Shown here piece after piece: positions 52,435 to 62,213 of a stretch of DNA of 64,000 nt (its first letter is position 1; every line of letters starts with the position of its first letter). Origin of the DNA: an uncultured Acidobacteriota bacterium. Lineage in GTDB: Bacteria > Acidobacteriota > UBA6911. The notes under the pieces are model-generated. The model was not told the origin of the DNA and searched no databases. It saw nothing but the letters and a program-made list of their open reading frames with translations. The position numbers and the translations under genes are program-made. The stretch spans positions 192,001-256,000 of the forward strand of contig CAWEJX010000020.1 in the NCBI GenBank assembly GCA_963809485.1, in the 5' to 3' direction.

Positions 52435-52461
52435 GGCAGAGCCAGGGGTTTACCAATGTAA

Positions 52462-53874
52462 TTACGTGCCCATGCGTCGCAGTTTTTCCAGCAGAGACTG
52501 CCGGCTGATTCCAAGAAAGCGCGCGGTGCGTGATTTATTCTGATCAAACCGCGTTAGGGTTTCCCGGATCATCTCTTCCTCCAGATCCCGGACGGCGGAT
52601 TTCATATCGCCATCCGATATTCTGGACGGACGATAGTGTTGGCTTATATGGTCCGACAGCGGCTCGGGGCCGATGCTTTTTCCCGGTTCCGACAGCAGGA
52701 CCAGACGCTCGATCTCATTCTGAAGCTCGCGCACATTGCCGGGCCATGAATAGGCAAGCAGAAGCCTCCGGGTCTCATCGGTAAGAGGGCCTGTTCTCCG
52801 GTTTAGTTTCACGGAGAACTGCTGCAGGAAAAACTCCGCAAGGGGCAGTATGTCCTTTTTGCGCTCCCGCAAGGGCGGTATGGTTATGGAAAAAACGTTG
52901 ATACGGAAGAAGAGGTCCTGGCGAAAACGGCCGGCCGTGACTTCCGCCTTGAGGTCTCTGTTGGTGGAGGCGAGGATCCGCACGTCGACCTTTTTGGGCT
53001 GGTTATATCCGACAGGCATGATCTCGTTTTCCTGGATTACGCGCAACAGTTTGACCTGCAGTTCAGGAGGAGCCTCGCCTATTTCATCCAGGAAAATGGT
53101 GCCTCCGTGTGCCATCTCGAAATAGCCCTTTTTCTCCTGGGTTGCGCCGGTGAAAGCGCCCCGCGAGTGGCCGAAAAATTCGCTTTCGACCAGGTCTTTA
53201 GGAATGGCGCCGCAATTGACGGGTATAAAAATCTGGTCCCGGCGGTTGCTCTCCGCATGGATAAAGCGGGCGATCAGCTCTTTGCCGGTGCCGGTCTCTC
53301 CCTGAATCAGCACGGTTGTTTCCGTCCCGGTAACCCTGCGCAAAAGGCGCAGAATGTTTTCCATCTCCGGACTCGCGTGAACGATGCTTTTGGGGAAAGC
53401 CTGTTTTTCAACCTCCTGGCGCAGGATGATATTTTCGGTTTTGAGCTTTTCATTGGCCCGCTGGAGCTCGGCGGCCAACCGTTCGTTTTCGCGCACCAGC
53501 TCCATTTTTTCAAGCGCATCGCGGACCGCTACCCTGACATCGTCGGGTTCCCAAGGCTTGGTGATGTACTTGTGAACCTTGCCCGTGTTGATGGCCGCGA
53601 TGAGATCGTCCACTTCGGTAAACCCGGTCAGCACAATGCGCACCAGGTTGGGAAAGCTCCTCTGCGAAAGTTCGAGAAACTCGATTCCCGTCATATTGGG
53701 CATTTTCTGGTCGGTGATAATCGCATCGATGGGCGACCTTTGAAGGATCTGCAGCGCCTCCTGGCCGGACTGCGCCAGGTGAACATTGTACTCGGCCATG
53801 AATGTTCGCTGGAGTTTCTGCAAATTGGCAAGCTCGTCATCCACGAGCAGCAGCTCATACTTCTTCTTGGTCAC
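52462..53874 (-). CDS. Sigma54-dependent response regulator (NtrC family; REC-AAA-HTH)
   Basis: LLVDDE, TDQKMP, GETGTGKE, GAFTGA, FLDEIGE, WPGNVREL and Fis-type HTH; GTG start overlaps the kinase stop. Confidence 0.95.
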   Translation of the reverse strand: MTKKKYELLLVDDELANLQKLQRTFMAEYNVHLAQSGQEALQILQRSPIDAIITDQKMPNMTGIEFLELSQRSFPNLVRIVLTGFTEVDDLIAAINTGKVHKYITKPWEPDDVRVAVRDALEKMELVRENERLAAELQRANEKLKTENIILRQEVEKQAFPKSIVHASPEMENILRLLRRVTGTETTVLIQGETGTGKELIARFIHAESNRRDQIFIPVNCGAIPKDLVESEFFGHSRGAFTGATQEKKGYFEMAHGGTIFLDEIGEAPPELQVKLLRVIQENEIMPVGYNQPKKVDVRILASTNRDLKAEVTAGRFRQDLFFRINVFSITIPPLRERKKDILPLAEFFLQQFSVKLNRRTGPLTDETRRLLLAYSWPGNVRELQNEIERLVLLSEPGKSIGPEPLSDHISQHYRPSRISDGDMKSAVRDLEEEMIRETLTRFDQNKSRTARFLGISRQSLLEKLRRMGT

Positions 53875-56042
53875 TCGCTCTTCTCCCGGAAAATGGGCAG
53901 ACTGACGGTGAAACAAGTCCCTTTGTTGACCGTGCTGCTTACATGGATTTTTCCCTGATGCTGCTCGATGATGCCGTAGCTGATGCTCAAACCGAGCCCT
54001 GTTCCCTGGCCTACCGGCTTGGTGGAGAAAAACGGCTCAAAAATGCGCTTGAGGTTCTCCGGAGAGATGCCGACGCCGTTGTCCTCGATTTCCACTTCCA
54101 CCGCACTTGCTTCGGCCCGCGTCCTTATCCAGACATCCCCGTTAGCCTGCACTGCGTGAAAGGCATTGGAGAGCAGGTTCATGAACACCTGGTTGAGTTT
54201 TCCGGCGTAGCCCCGGATCTTCGGGATATCCCCGTATTCCTTATGAATCTGGATACGGTTCTTGTACTGGTTGCGCAGAAGATTGAGCGACATCTCCAGC
54301 GAAGCGTGCAGGTCGACATCGGAGATGGCATCGGTATCCATGCGGGAGAAGGCGCGCAGATCGGAAACGATGGTATTGATTCTGCGGGCGCCCTCGGTGA
54401 AATTATCGATCAGAACCTTGAGATCCTCTTTGATGAAGGCGTAGTGCATCCCTTCCTTCAATTTCAGCATCTCCGCCCGATCCCCGGCGGAAATGCTCGG
54501 GAGTTTTTCGAAGGATTCCACAAGCTGCTGCAGTTTCTGCGTATAGTCTGCCAGAAAGCCGGTGTTTCCGTAGATGAAATTGAGAGGGTTCTTGATCTCA
54601 TGAGCTATTCCGGATACAAGCTGGCCCAGCGACGCCATTTTCTCCGTCTGAACCAGCTGTTCCTGGGCGCTTTGCAGGTCGAGATAGGCTCTTTTCAGGG
54701 CCTCGTGGGAGTTCTCCAGCTCGACGGTGCGGTCGCGGACCATGTTTTCCAGGTTCCGGTTCATTTCCTGAAGCTGGACTTCCCGGGCGGACAGAGCACC
54801 CGCCATATCGTTGAAGGTAGATGCCAGGATGCCTACTTCATCCGATGACCGAATAGGAACGCGCTCGTTGAAATTCCCCTGGGCAATCGTCGAAGCCGAA
54901 CGGATGAGATTCTTAAGAGGGACGGTGATTCCTTCCGCGATGATGTATGTAAACAGCACAACCAGCACCGCAAGCAGGATCGTGGCACCGAGAAGCCCTA
55001 ATGCCAGAAGCCGTATGGGCTGGAAAATCTCAGACTGTTCAATCTCCACGCCCACGATCCACCCGAAAGAGGTGTCGCTGATAGCAGCAAGCCCTGAAAT
55101 TTTCCCGCCGCCTCCAGGCCCGTCATAGGCGAAATGGCGCTCCCTGCCCAGGATTGCCTCCTGAAGCGTGCGCAGTCCGTGGACCTCCACCAGCCTCGTG
55201 TTATAAAAGGATTGTCCCCCTTGAATAGTGCCGGTCTCCTCCTTGCGGTTCAGCCTGTACTTGTGGGCGATGATTGTGTCTGCATCCTTGGCGCACATAT
55301 ACGCGAAACCCGTTTTGAAATCCTGGGCTGCAAAATCCATTTCGACATTGTCAAGAATGCTCTGGAAGTGAGACCAGTTCAGAATGTTGATCCAGACTCC
55401 GATTATCTCCTGGCTTGCCGGATCGCGGATGGGTTCGGAAAGGGCGATATTGAATTGATGGCTTTGATCTTCCTTCCGGGAACCATAAAGGCCTTGAACA
55501 AGCCCGGACTGATACCAGTCGTGATGGGAATTGTGGCCCGTGATCGAAGCCTGGAATAGTTTCAATTCTTCCGGATATCTCGAAATGTTTTCGTGGAACA
55601 TTTCGGACAGATTCGCGGACGGCAACGGGGTTCCATCCGGGTCTGCCGTGTTGATCCCTATTAAGCGGCCGTTGCGGTCCAGGACAATCAGGGCATCGTA
55701 TACATCCTGATTGAAGCAATAGTTGTTCAGTAAAGCAATAAGGCTGTACCGGTCCGCTTCCTTCAGACCGTGATAAATAAGGGGATAGGTTGTCGCCATT
55801 GAGTGTATCTCTTCCTTCTTGCCCCGGAGCAACAGGTCAACCTTGTCGGCCGTATCCTGAGCCATTCTTCCAAGAGACAGATCAATGCGTTCTTCGATCT
55901 GCCGTCTGCCTATCCAATAGGAAAAGATCGACATCCCCGCCAGCGGGAGCAGCGACAATGCGATCATGAGGATGAGAAGCTTATTTTTGAGGCTGCCCAG
56001 AAGAGTTATCCGGAGTCCTCTGTTGCTTTCACTATGACCCAT
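53871..56042 (-). CDS. Sensor histidine kinase (Cache-like periplasmic domain, HAMP, HisKA, HATPase)
   Basis: Two TM helices, DEVGILASTFNDM, EKMASLGQLVSGIAHEIKNP, N/G1/F/G2 boxes. Confidence 0.95.
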   Translation of the reverse strand: MGHSESNRGLRITLLGSLKNKLLILMIALSLLPLAGMSIFSYWIGRRQIEERIDLSLGRMAQDTADKVDLLLRGKKEEIHSMATTYPLIYHGLKEADRYSLIALLNNYCFNQDVYDALIVLDRNGRLIGINTADPDGTPLPSANLSEMFHENISRYPEELKLFQASITGHNSHHDWYQSGLVQGLYGSRKEDQSHQFNIALSEPIRDPASQEIIGVWINILNWSHFQSILDNVEMDFAAQDFKTGFAYMCAKDADTIIAHKYRLNRKEETGTIQGGQSFYNTRLVEVHGLRTLQEAILGRERHFAYDGPGGGGKISGLAAISDTSFGWIVGVEIEQSEIFQPIRLLALGLLGATILLAVLVVLFTYIIAEGITVPLKNLIRSASTIAQGNFNERVPIRSSDEVGILASTFNDMAGALSAREVQLQEMNRNLENMVRDRTVELENSHEALKRAYLDLQSAQEQLVQTEKMASLGQLVSGIAHEIKNPLNFIYGNTGFLADYTQKLQQLVESFEKLPSISAGDRAEMLKLKEGMHYAFIKEDLKVLIDNFTEGARRINTIVSDLRAFSRMDTDAISDVDLHASLEMSLNLLRNQYKNRIQIHKEYGDIPKIRGYAGKLNQVFMNLLSNAFHAVQANGDVWIRTRAEASAVEVEIEDNGVGISPENLKRIFEPFFSTKPVGQGTGLGLSISYGIIEQHQGKIHVSSTVNKGTCFTVSLPIFREKSE

Positions 56043-56450
56043 TGGCAAACTGGGCCCTCCCGCTGGTGCCGGATGGATAACGGTCCGAATTGGTTCAATC
56101 TTTTTAGTTTCCGTACAACTGTAAATATATTATCCAGACCTATTGTCAAGTTTTCTTACAGTCTTGTCAATGCCGCGCATAATTTGGGTCTCCATATTTC
56201 ACTGAGATTCATTTGAAGCAAGGATCTGATTAGTATTATTCAGGTTGCAGGCTCCCGGCTGCGGATTTGGGACTATTATGGGCCATCGGTTCGAGAGTCG
56301 CTACCTGCAATCTTTCCCGGGACCGTCGATTCTCGCCATCGTCTCCGGTGAAAATTGCCGGAAGAATGAAGAATGTAGAGAGAGGGTTTTTCCATATGTA
56401 TCCTGACGCTCTATTGTGCTATTTTTTTTGTTGAGGCAGGAGGTCATGGA

Positions 56451-56720
56451 ATGAGCATCACGGTTCGCATCCCATCACCGCTCCGGCAGTATTCGGAGCT
56501 ACATTCGGAAGTGGTGTTGGAGGGAAAAACAGTCGGCGAGGTTCTGGAGAACCTGAAAATTCGTTTTCCCGAAATGGGCACGCGTTGTTTTACGCCGAGA
56601 ACGTCTCGCTTTATGAATCTGTATTTGAATGACCAGGATATCAAAAACCTAAACAATCTGGACACGCCGGTGGGCGACAAAGACACGCTCTCTATTGTTT
56701 TTGCCATCGCCGGCGGGTAG
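56451..56720 (+). CDS. MoaD/ThiS/CysO-family ubiquitin-like sulfur carrier
   Basis: VRIPSPLRQY start, C-terminal AIAGG; GGAGG upstream. Confidence 0.9.
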   Translation: MSITVRIPSPLRQYSELHSEVVLEGKTVGEVLENLKIRFPEMGTRCFTPRTSRFMNLYLNDQDIKNLNNLDTPVGDKDTLSIVFAIAGG

Positions 56721-57459
56721 GCGCGCTGCTTTCATCCCTCTTCCCCAGCGCCCAATCGACGGCAGCCTGGGCAAGGACTTTGCCGGGATTCAGGGCGGGA
56801 AAATCCACGCTATCGGGATCCAAGGACAAGGGTATCTCGGTACATCCCAGGATGATCGCCTGAGCGCCGGCCTTCATCAGCCGCATCCCGACGGATCTTA
56901 AGGTTTCCCTCGTCCGCTTATTATGGGTTCCGGCTTTGACCTGGGCGATAGCCTCCTGGACTTTCCGGTGGTCCTTATCTTCCGGCAGCAGGAGTTTAAG
57001 TCCCTCCCTGGATAATGCCGTGCTGTAAATTCCGCTGCGCACGGTTCCGGTTGTGGCAAGAAGTCCAAGGGCTTTGGCTTCGGGCAGCAGGCTGCGGACC
57101 ATTCCGCAGGTCTCAGCAATCATGTCCAGAATCGGGATGCCCACATTCCTGCGCATTTCCGGCAGGTAGTGATGCGCAGCGTTGCATGGCATGGCTATTA
57201 TTCCTGCTCCGCCCTCTTCCAGGAGCCGGGCAGCCTCAATCAGGCAGGGCAGAGGGCTTTCCCCTCCTGCCGTAAAAGCCTCTGTCCGGTCCGGGATCTT
57301 CGGATTCGAGTAGATCAGGACACGGATATGGTCCTGGTCTATGGCAGCCGGAGTCAGGTTAATGATATGGCGGAATAAATCCAGCGTTGCCTCAGGTCCC
57401 ATTCCGCCCAGAATGCCTAGGACCCGGTCCTGAGGCTGTCGTTCGCTTGCCCGTTTCAT
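56692..57459 (-). CDS. Aspartate/glutamate racemase family
   Basis: GILGGMGPEAT, PDRT, MPCNAAH and LGCTEIP (two catalytic Cys). Confidence 0.92.
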   Translation of the reverse strand: MKRASERQPQDRVLGILGGMGPEATLDLFRHIINLTPAAIDQDHIRVLIYSNPKIPDRTEAFTAGGESPLPCLIEAARLLEEGGAGIIAMPCNAAHHYLPEMRRNVGIPILDMIAETCGMVRSLLPEAKALGLLATTGTVRSGIYSTALSREGLKLLLPEDKDHRKVQEAIAQVKAGTHNKRTRETLRSVGMRLMKAGAQAIILGCTEIPLSLDPDSVDFPALNPGKVLAQAAVDWALGKRDESSAPTRRRWQKQ

Positions 57460-57971
57460 AAATCCGATTATAGGGCCGCATCCATCTTCAAACAACAGTA
57501 TCAAATAAAGCTGACGAAGGCCGACAAGAGCTGACCGTCAATCCGTAAAAACCGACCGAAATCCGCCGCTCCGCAAATAATAGTTGCTCATTTCAACAGA
57601 CTGCCCGTTAGAAATACGCGCGCAAGATTGCGGAAGCCGCATACCATGAAACGTCCGCGGACGCCGTGTTCCTGTGCCCCTGTATCGAGCCGGACGGAAT
57701 ATTGATAACTGCTTCACGAAAAGCGCGTTTGTGCCGATAACTATAATCGATGGACGGCGGAATCCTGCCCGAAATGCGATGGCCCCCGGTCATCCGGGAA
57801 AGTCCATGCCTGGCAGGCCGGGTAAGGAATGAGCCGACAGGTGCGGTATTGCCAGGAAGGCTGTAAGTGGTTCCGGAGATGGTGAAAATCGAGCGCGAGA
57901 TCCTCACCCTCCGTTTCCCGCATTATTGTTCAACCATGATCGATTGGCTCCGGAACGGATCAAAGTAAGCG

Positions 57972-59702
57972 ATGCCATCTCAAATCGGCGAACTGCTGCT
58001 GAAGGAAAACTACATAACGGCTGAACAGCTGGAAACTGCTTTGCAGGCTCAGCGCCAGCACGGCGGCCGCCTCGGCTCGATTCTCATCAACCTGGGTTTC
58101 GTTGAAGATGACGACATCACCTCGCTTCTCAGCAGGAAGTACGGGGTTCCCTCCATCAACCTCTCCTACTTTGAGATTGATCCGGCGGTCATAAAGCTCA
58201 TTCCCATGGAAGTGGCTCAGAAGTACACCGTGGTACCCCTGAGCCGCGTCGGCAACACCCTGACCATTGCCAGCGCCGATCCCACCAATGTTTTTGTCAT
58301 GGACGACATCAAGTTCATGACCGGGTTCAACATCGAGCCGGTTGTGGCCAGCGAAGCTTCCATACTGGAAGCCCTCGAGAAATACTATGGAACGCAGCAT
58401 TCGATTGAGCTGAAAAAAGTCTACGAGGAAATCGCCCAGAACGACAAGGAAAGCGTCGAACTCGATCTGGACGCAAGCTCCGATGAAGAGGAGCTTTCAC
58501 TGGATGAGCTGCAGCGATCGAGCGAGGAAGCCCCGATCATCAAGCTGGTGAACCTTATCCTGTCGGACTCCTTGAAAAAAGGCGCGAGCGACATTCACTT
58601 GGAGCCCTATGAGAAGGATTTCAGGGTGCGTTTTCGGATAGACGGAATTTTATACAACATGATGAATGTGCCTCTGCGCCTCCGGGATGCCATAACCTCG
58701 CGCATCAAGATCATGTCCAAATTGGACATATCCGAGAAGCGGCTTCCGCAGGATGGAAGAATCAAAATCCGGACGACGTTTGAAGGAAAGAAAAAGGAGC
58801 TCGACTACCGCGTTTCCACACTCCCGACATTGTTCGGCGAAAAGATCGTGATGCGCATCCTGGACCGGGACAACCTGCCGCTGGATATGAGCAAGCTGGG
58901 ATTCGAGGAATCCTCATTAAAAAAAGTTGAAGCTGCCATTCTCAAGCCCTACGGGATGGTGCTGGTCACGGGCCCTACGGGCAGCGGCAAGACCTCAACC
59001 CTCTATTCGGCGCTGAACCGTCTGAATACCACGGAGACCAACATAATGACCGCTGAAGACCCGGTGGAATATAACTTCCGGGGAATCAACCAGGTTCAGA
59101 TCAAGGAACAGATCGGCCTGACGTTTGCCGCCGCCCTCCGGTCATTCCTGAGGCAGGATCCCAACATCATCCTTGTCGGGGAAATCCGCGACTTTGAAAC
59201 AACGGAGATCGCCATCAAGGCCGCGCTCACAGGACACCTGGTGCTCTCCAGCGTTCACACCAACGACGCCCCTTCGACCATCTCCCGTCTTTTAAACATG
59301 GGAATCGAGCCGTTCCTGGTCGCAACCTCCGTGCATCTGATCTGCGCCCAGCGCTTGATCCGCAAGATCTGCAAGGAATGCAAAACGGAGGTGAAAACTC
59401 CGCTGCAGGCCCTCGTGAATGCGGGCTTTTCGCCGGAGGAAGCCAAGGGTATCCAGACGTTTAAGGGTGAGGGCTGCAAGACCTGTAACGGAACCGGCTA
59501 CAAGGGCCGGATCGGCATGTACGAAGTCATGGAAATCGGCGAGGCCATCCAGGAGTTGATCCTGGTGGGCGCTTCCGCCCGCGAAATCCGGCGTAAAGCA
59601 GTGGAGGAAGGGATGCTGACTCTCCGCCAGAGCGGTTTGACGAAGATCAAAGCAGGAGCGACGACGCTCGACGAGGTTTTGAGAGAGACAGTACTGAATT
59701 AG
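57972..59702 (+). CDS. pilB: Type IV-A pilus assembly ATPase PilB
   Basis: ASDIHLEP, RLPQDG, GPTGSGKT, LRQDP, Zn motif CKEC...CKTC, GYKGR. Confidence 0.96.
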   Translation: MPSQIGELLLKENYITAEQLETALQAQRQHGGRLGSILINLGFVEDDDITSLLSRKYGVPSINLSYFEIDPAVIKLIPMEVAQKYTVVPLSRVGNTLTIASADPTNVFVMDDIKFMTGFNIEPVVASEASILEALEKYYGTQHSIELKKVYEEIAQNDKESVELDLDASSDEEELSLDELQRSSEEAPIIKLVNLILSDSLKKGASDIHLEPYEKDFRVRFRIDGILYNMMNVPLRLRDAITSRIKIMSKLDISEKRLPQDGRIKIRTTFEGKKKELDYRVSTLPTLFGEKIVMRILDRDNLPLDMSKLGFEESSLKKVEAAILKPYGMVLVTGPTGSGKTSTLYSALNRLNTTETNIMTAEDPVEYNFRGINQVQIKEQIGLTFAAALRSFLRQDPNIILVGEIRDFETTEIAIKAALTGHLVLSSVHTNDAPSTISRLLNMGIEPFLVATSVHLICAQRLIRKICKECKTEVKTPLQALVNAGFSPEEAKGIQTFKGEGCKTCNGTGYKGRIGMYEVMEIGEAIQELILVGASAREIRRKAVEEGMLTLRQSGLTKIKAGATTLDEVLRETVLN

Positions 59703-59774
59703 GCCGCCCATATATTCCCGGCGCCGGGGGCCGGGATTCCGGGGCGGTCGGCACAAAGATCAAGGAGACGACCG

Positions 59775-60908
59775 ATGAGCACTTTGCCTGAGATGCTTCA
59801 GAAAACGATTCAGTCCGGAGCATCCGATCTCCATCTCACTACGGGAACGCCCGCACAGATACGCGTAGACGGCCAGCTGCATCCTATCGATCAGCAGGTC
59901 CTGACTGCGGGGGACACCAAGAGGCTTGCATACAGCGTGATGACCGACGGCCAGAAGCACGCCTTCGAAGAAAAGTGGGAGATCGACTTCTCCTTCGGCA
60001 TCAAAGACCTTTGCCGTTTCCGAGCCAATGTGTTTACACAGCGCGGATCGGTCGGCGCGGTTTTCCGCGTTATTCCTTTCGAGGTCAAAGGCTTCGAGAG
60101 CCTGAACCTGCCTCCCGTGGTGGAGCAGCTGTGTGAAAAGCCGCGGGGCCTGATCCTGGTCACGGGGCCGACCGGTAGTGGAAAATCCACGACGCTTGCC
60201 GCCATGATCGACAAAATCAACCGGGAGCGGCACGAACACATCCTGACGATTGAGGATCCTATCGAGTTCATTCATTCTCACAAAAGCTGCATTGTCAATC
60301 AGCGGGAGGTCAGCTCCGACACTCATTCGTTTTCCGACGCCCTGCGCGTCGCCCTGCGCGAGGATCCGGACGTGGTGCTGATCGGAGAAATGCGAGACCT
60401 GGAAACGGTGGAATCCGCCCTGCGCATTGCCGAAACGGGCCACCTTACGCTTGCCACGCTTCACACCAACAGCGCGGCGACCACCATAAACCGTATCGTG
60501 GACATCTTCCCGTCCGGCCAGCAGCCCCAGATCCGGGCGCAGCTGAGCATGGTCCTGGAAGGCATCCTCTGCCAGTCGCTCATTCCCAGAGCCAGCGGGT
60601 CCGGCCGCTGCATGGCCATGGAGATACTCATCCCGACCACCGCCGTCCGCAACCTGATTCGCGAGGACAAGATTCACCAGATATACAGCCAGATGCAAAC
60701 CGGACAGGAAAAGCACGGAATGCAGACCTTCAACCAGTCGCTTTCTCAACTGGTCCTGACAAAACAGATCTCCACGGAAAACGCACTCGCCAAATCGTCC
60801 AATGTCGAGGAGCTTCAGGATCTCATCCAAAGGGGAGTCGGCCTTAACTTTCAAGCAGCCGCTCAGCGCATGCAGCGCATGGAGCATGTCGGCGGCATGC
60901 GGCGCTGA
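59775..60908 (+). CDS. pilT: Pilus retraction ATPase PilT
   Basis: ASDLHL, GPTGSGKSTT, LREDPD, AETGHL, AVRNLIRE and GMQT motifs. Confidence 0.97.
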   Translation: MSTLPEMLQKTIQSGASDLHLTTGTPAQIRVDGQLHPIDQQVLTAGDTKRLAYSVMTDGQKHAFEEKWEIDFSFGIKDLCRFRANVFTQRGSVGAVFRVIPFEVKGFESLNLPPVVEQLCEKPRGLILVTGPTGSGKSTTLAAMIDKINRERHEHILTIEDPIEFIHSHKSCIVNQREVSSDTHSFSDALRVALREDPDVVLIGEMRDLETVESALRIAETGHLTLATLHTNSAATTINRIVDIFPSGQQPQIRAQLSMVLEGILCQSLIPRASGSGRCMAMEILIPTTAVRNLIREDKIHQIYSQMQTGQEKHGMQTFNQSLSQLVLTKQISTENALAKSSNVEELQDLIQRGVGLNFQAAAQRMQRMEHVGGMRR

Positions 60909-60925
60909 CCAGAAAGGGTGCTTTT

Positions 60926-62137
60926 ATGCCAGTTTACGTTTTTCGAGGGCGCAACATCCGGACCAATGAAAGCATCTCGGGGGAACGCTTTGCCAACACC
61001 CCGCAGGCGCTGTCGGCCGTATTGCGCCGCGAGCAGATAGCTCCTGCGTCGATCAAGGAAAAAACAGCCGCCAAAACGGGTTTTTCTTTCAAGAAAAAGG
61101 TGTCCCAATCCGAGGTGGCGATTTTTACCCGCCAATTTTCGGTCATGCTGGACGCAGGGCTCCCCTTGATGCAGGCGATCGATGCCATTGCCCAGCAGCA
61201 TTCGAATGCGGCATTCAAATCCATCCTGCAGCAGATAAGGGACGATGTGGAGGCCGGGTCTACCCTGTCTGCCGCAATGGGCAAGCATCCCAAGGTGTTC
61301 GATACCCTGTACACCAACATGGTCGCAGCCGGTGAAACCGGCGGCATCCTGGACACGATCCTTCAGCGTCTGACCTCCCACATCGAGAAGATGGTGAAGC
61401 TGAAGAAAGCCCTTCGCTCGGCGCTGATTTATCCGTCAACTATTCTCACAGTGGCCGTAAGCGTCGTTGCTATTATCCTGTGGAAGGTAATCCCGGTTTT
61501 CAGCACCCTTTTCGAAGGATTCAATGTCGAGCTTCCGTTGCTTACACGCGTCGTGATCTCCCTTTCGCACATTGTCGAGAAGTTCATGATTCCCTGCCTG
61601 GTGATCCTCGGGCTGGGCATTTTCGGGCTGCACAGCTATTACAAGACCGACAAAGGAAGACACATCATAGACCGCCTGATGCTGAAGCTGCCTGTTCTCG
61701 GGGATGTCCTGCGCAAAATCGGGGTTGCGCGCTTCACGCGCACCCTGGCCACCATGCTGTCCAGCGGCGTTGCCATCCTCGAAGGCCTGACCATTACGGG
61801 CAAGACCGCAGGCAATGCCATTCTTGAGGATGCGATCTATCAGTTGCGGGAGCGCATCGAAGGGGGAGGAACCATGGCCGAACCGATGAGGCAGTCCGGC
61901 TTCTTCCCGCCGATGGTAACCCAGATGGTCTCCGTGGGAGAGTCCACGGGAGAGATGGATACCATGCTCACCAAGGTCGCCGATTACTACGAGGAGGAGG
62001 TGGACGAGGTCATGAAGAACCTCATGACCATTCTCGAGCCCCTTCTGATGATATTCCTGGGCGTGGTAGTGGGAGGCATCGTTATTGCAATGTACCTGCC
62101 GCTGTTCAAGCTCATTCGCGTACTGTCCGGCGGCTAG
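60926..62137 (+). CDS. pilC: Type IV pilus platform protein PilC (GspF family)
   Basis: FTRQFSVMLDAGLPL, AGETGG, GESTGEMD and MYLPLF motifs. Confidence 0.96.
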   Translation: MPVYVFRGRNIRTNESISGERFANTPQALSAVLRREQIAPASIKEKTAAKTGFSFKKKVSQSEVAIFTRQFSVMLDAGLPLMQAIDAIAQQHSNAAFKSILQQIRDDVEAGSTLSAAMGKHPKVFDTLYTNMVAAGETGGILDTILQRLTSHIEKMVKLKKALRSALIYPSTILTVAVSVVAIILWKVIPVFSTLFEGFNVELPLLTRVVISLSHIVEKFMIPCLVILGLGIFGLHSYYKTDKGRHIIDRLMLKLPVLGDVLRKIGVARFTRTLATMLSSGVAILEGLTITGKTAGNAILEDAIYQLRERIEGGGTMAEPMRQSGFFPPMVTQMVSVGESTGEMDTMLTKVADYYEEEVDEVMKNLMTILEPLLMIFLGVVVGGIVIAMYLPLFKLIRVLSGG

Positions 62138-62153
62138 TTGCGAGTCGCAGCGT

Positions 62154-62194
62154 CTTCGGGTCCGGGAGTCCCGCCGGGAGTCCCGGACCTGAAG
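62154..62194. repeat. Intergenic GC-rich hairpin between pilC and pilS
   Basis: CTTCGGGTCCGGGA...TCCCGGACCTGAAG inverted repeat. Confidence 0.55.
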
Positions 62195-62213
62195 CCTTCA
62201 GGCCTTTTCGACT

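Larger units (their letters stand above)
49671..52464 (-). mobile_element. Family-A mini-element copy 2, interrupted by an IS4-family element
   Basis: 49671-50051 matches 5683-6063; the remainder of the left end resumes after 52443. Confidence 0.85.

Noticed and set aside
56395-56425. Sigma54 promoter for the MoaD-like gene
   Set aside because: TGACGCTCTATTGTGCT lacks the invariant GG and the GG-N10-GC spacing
57790-57815. GGGAAAGTCCATGC resembling the RNase P RNA P4 motif
   Set aside because: The complementary 3' P4 strand and other conserved RNase P elements were not found nearby
57608-57907. 99-aa minus-strand ORF upstream of pilB
   Set aside because: No RBS or motifs; more likely the divergent promoter region
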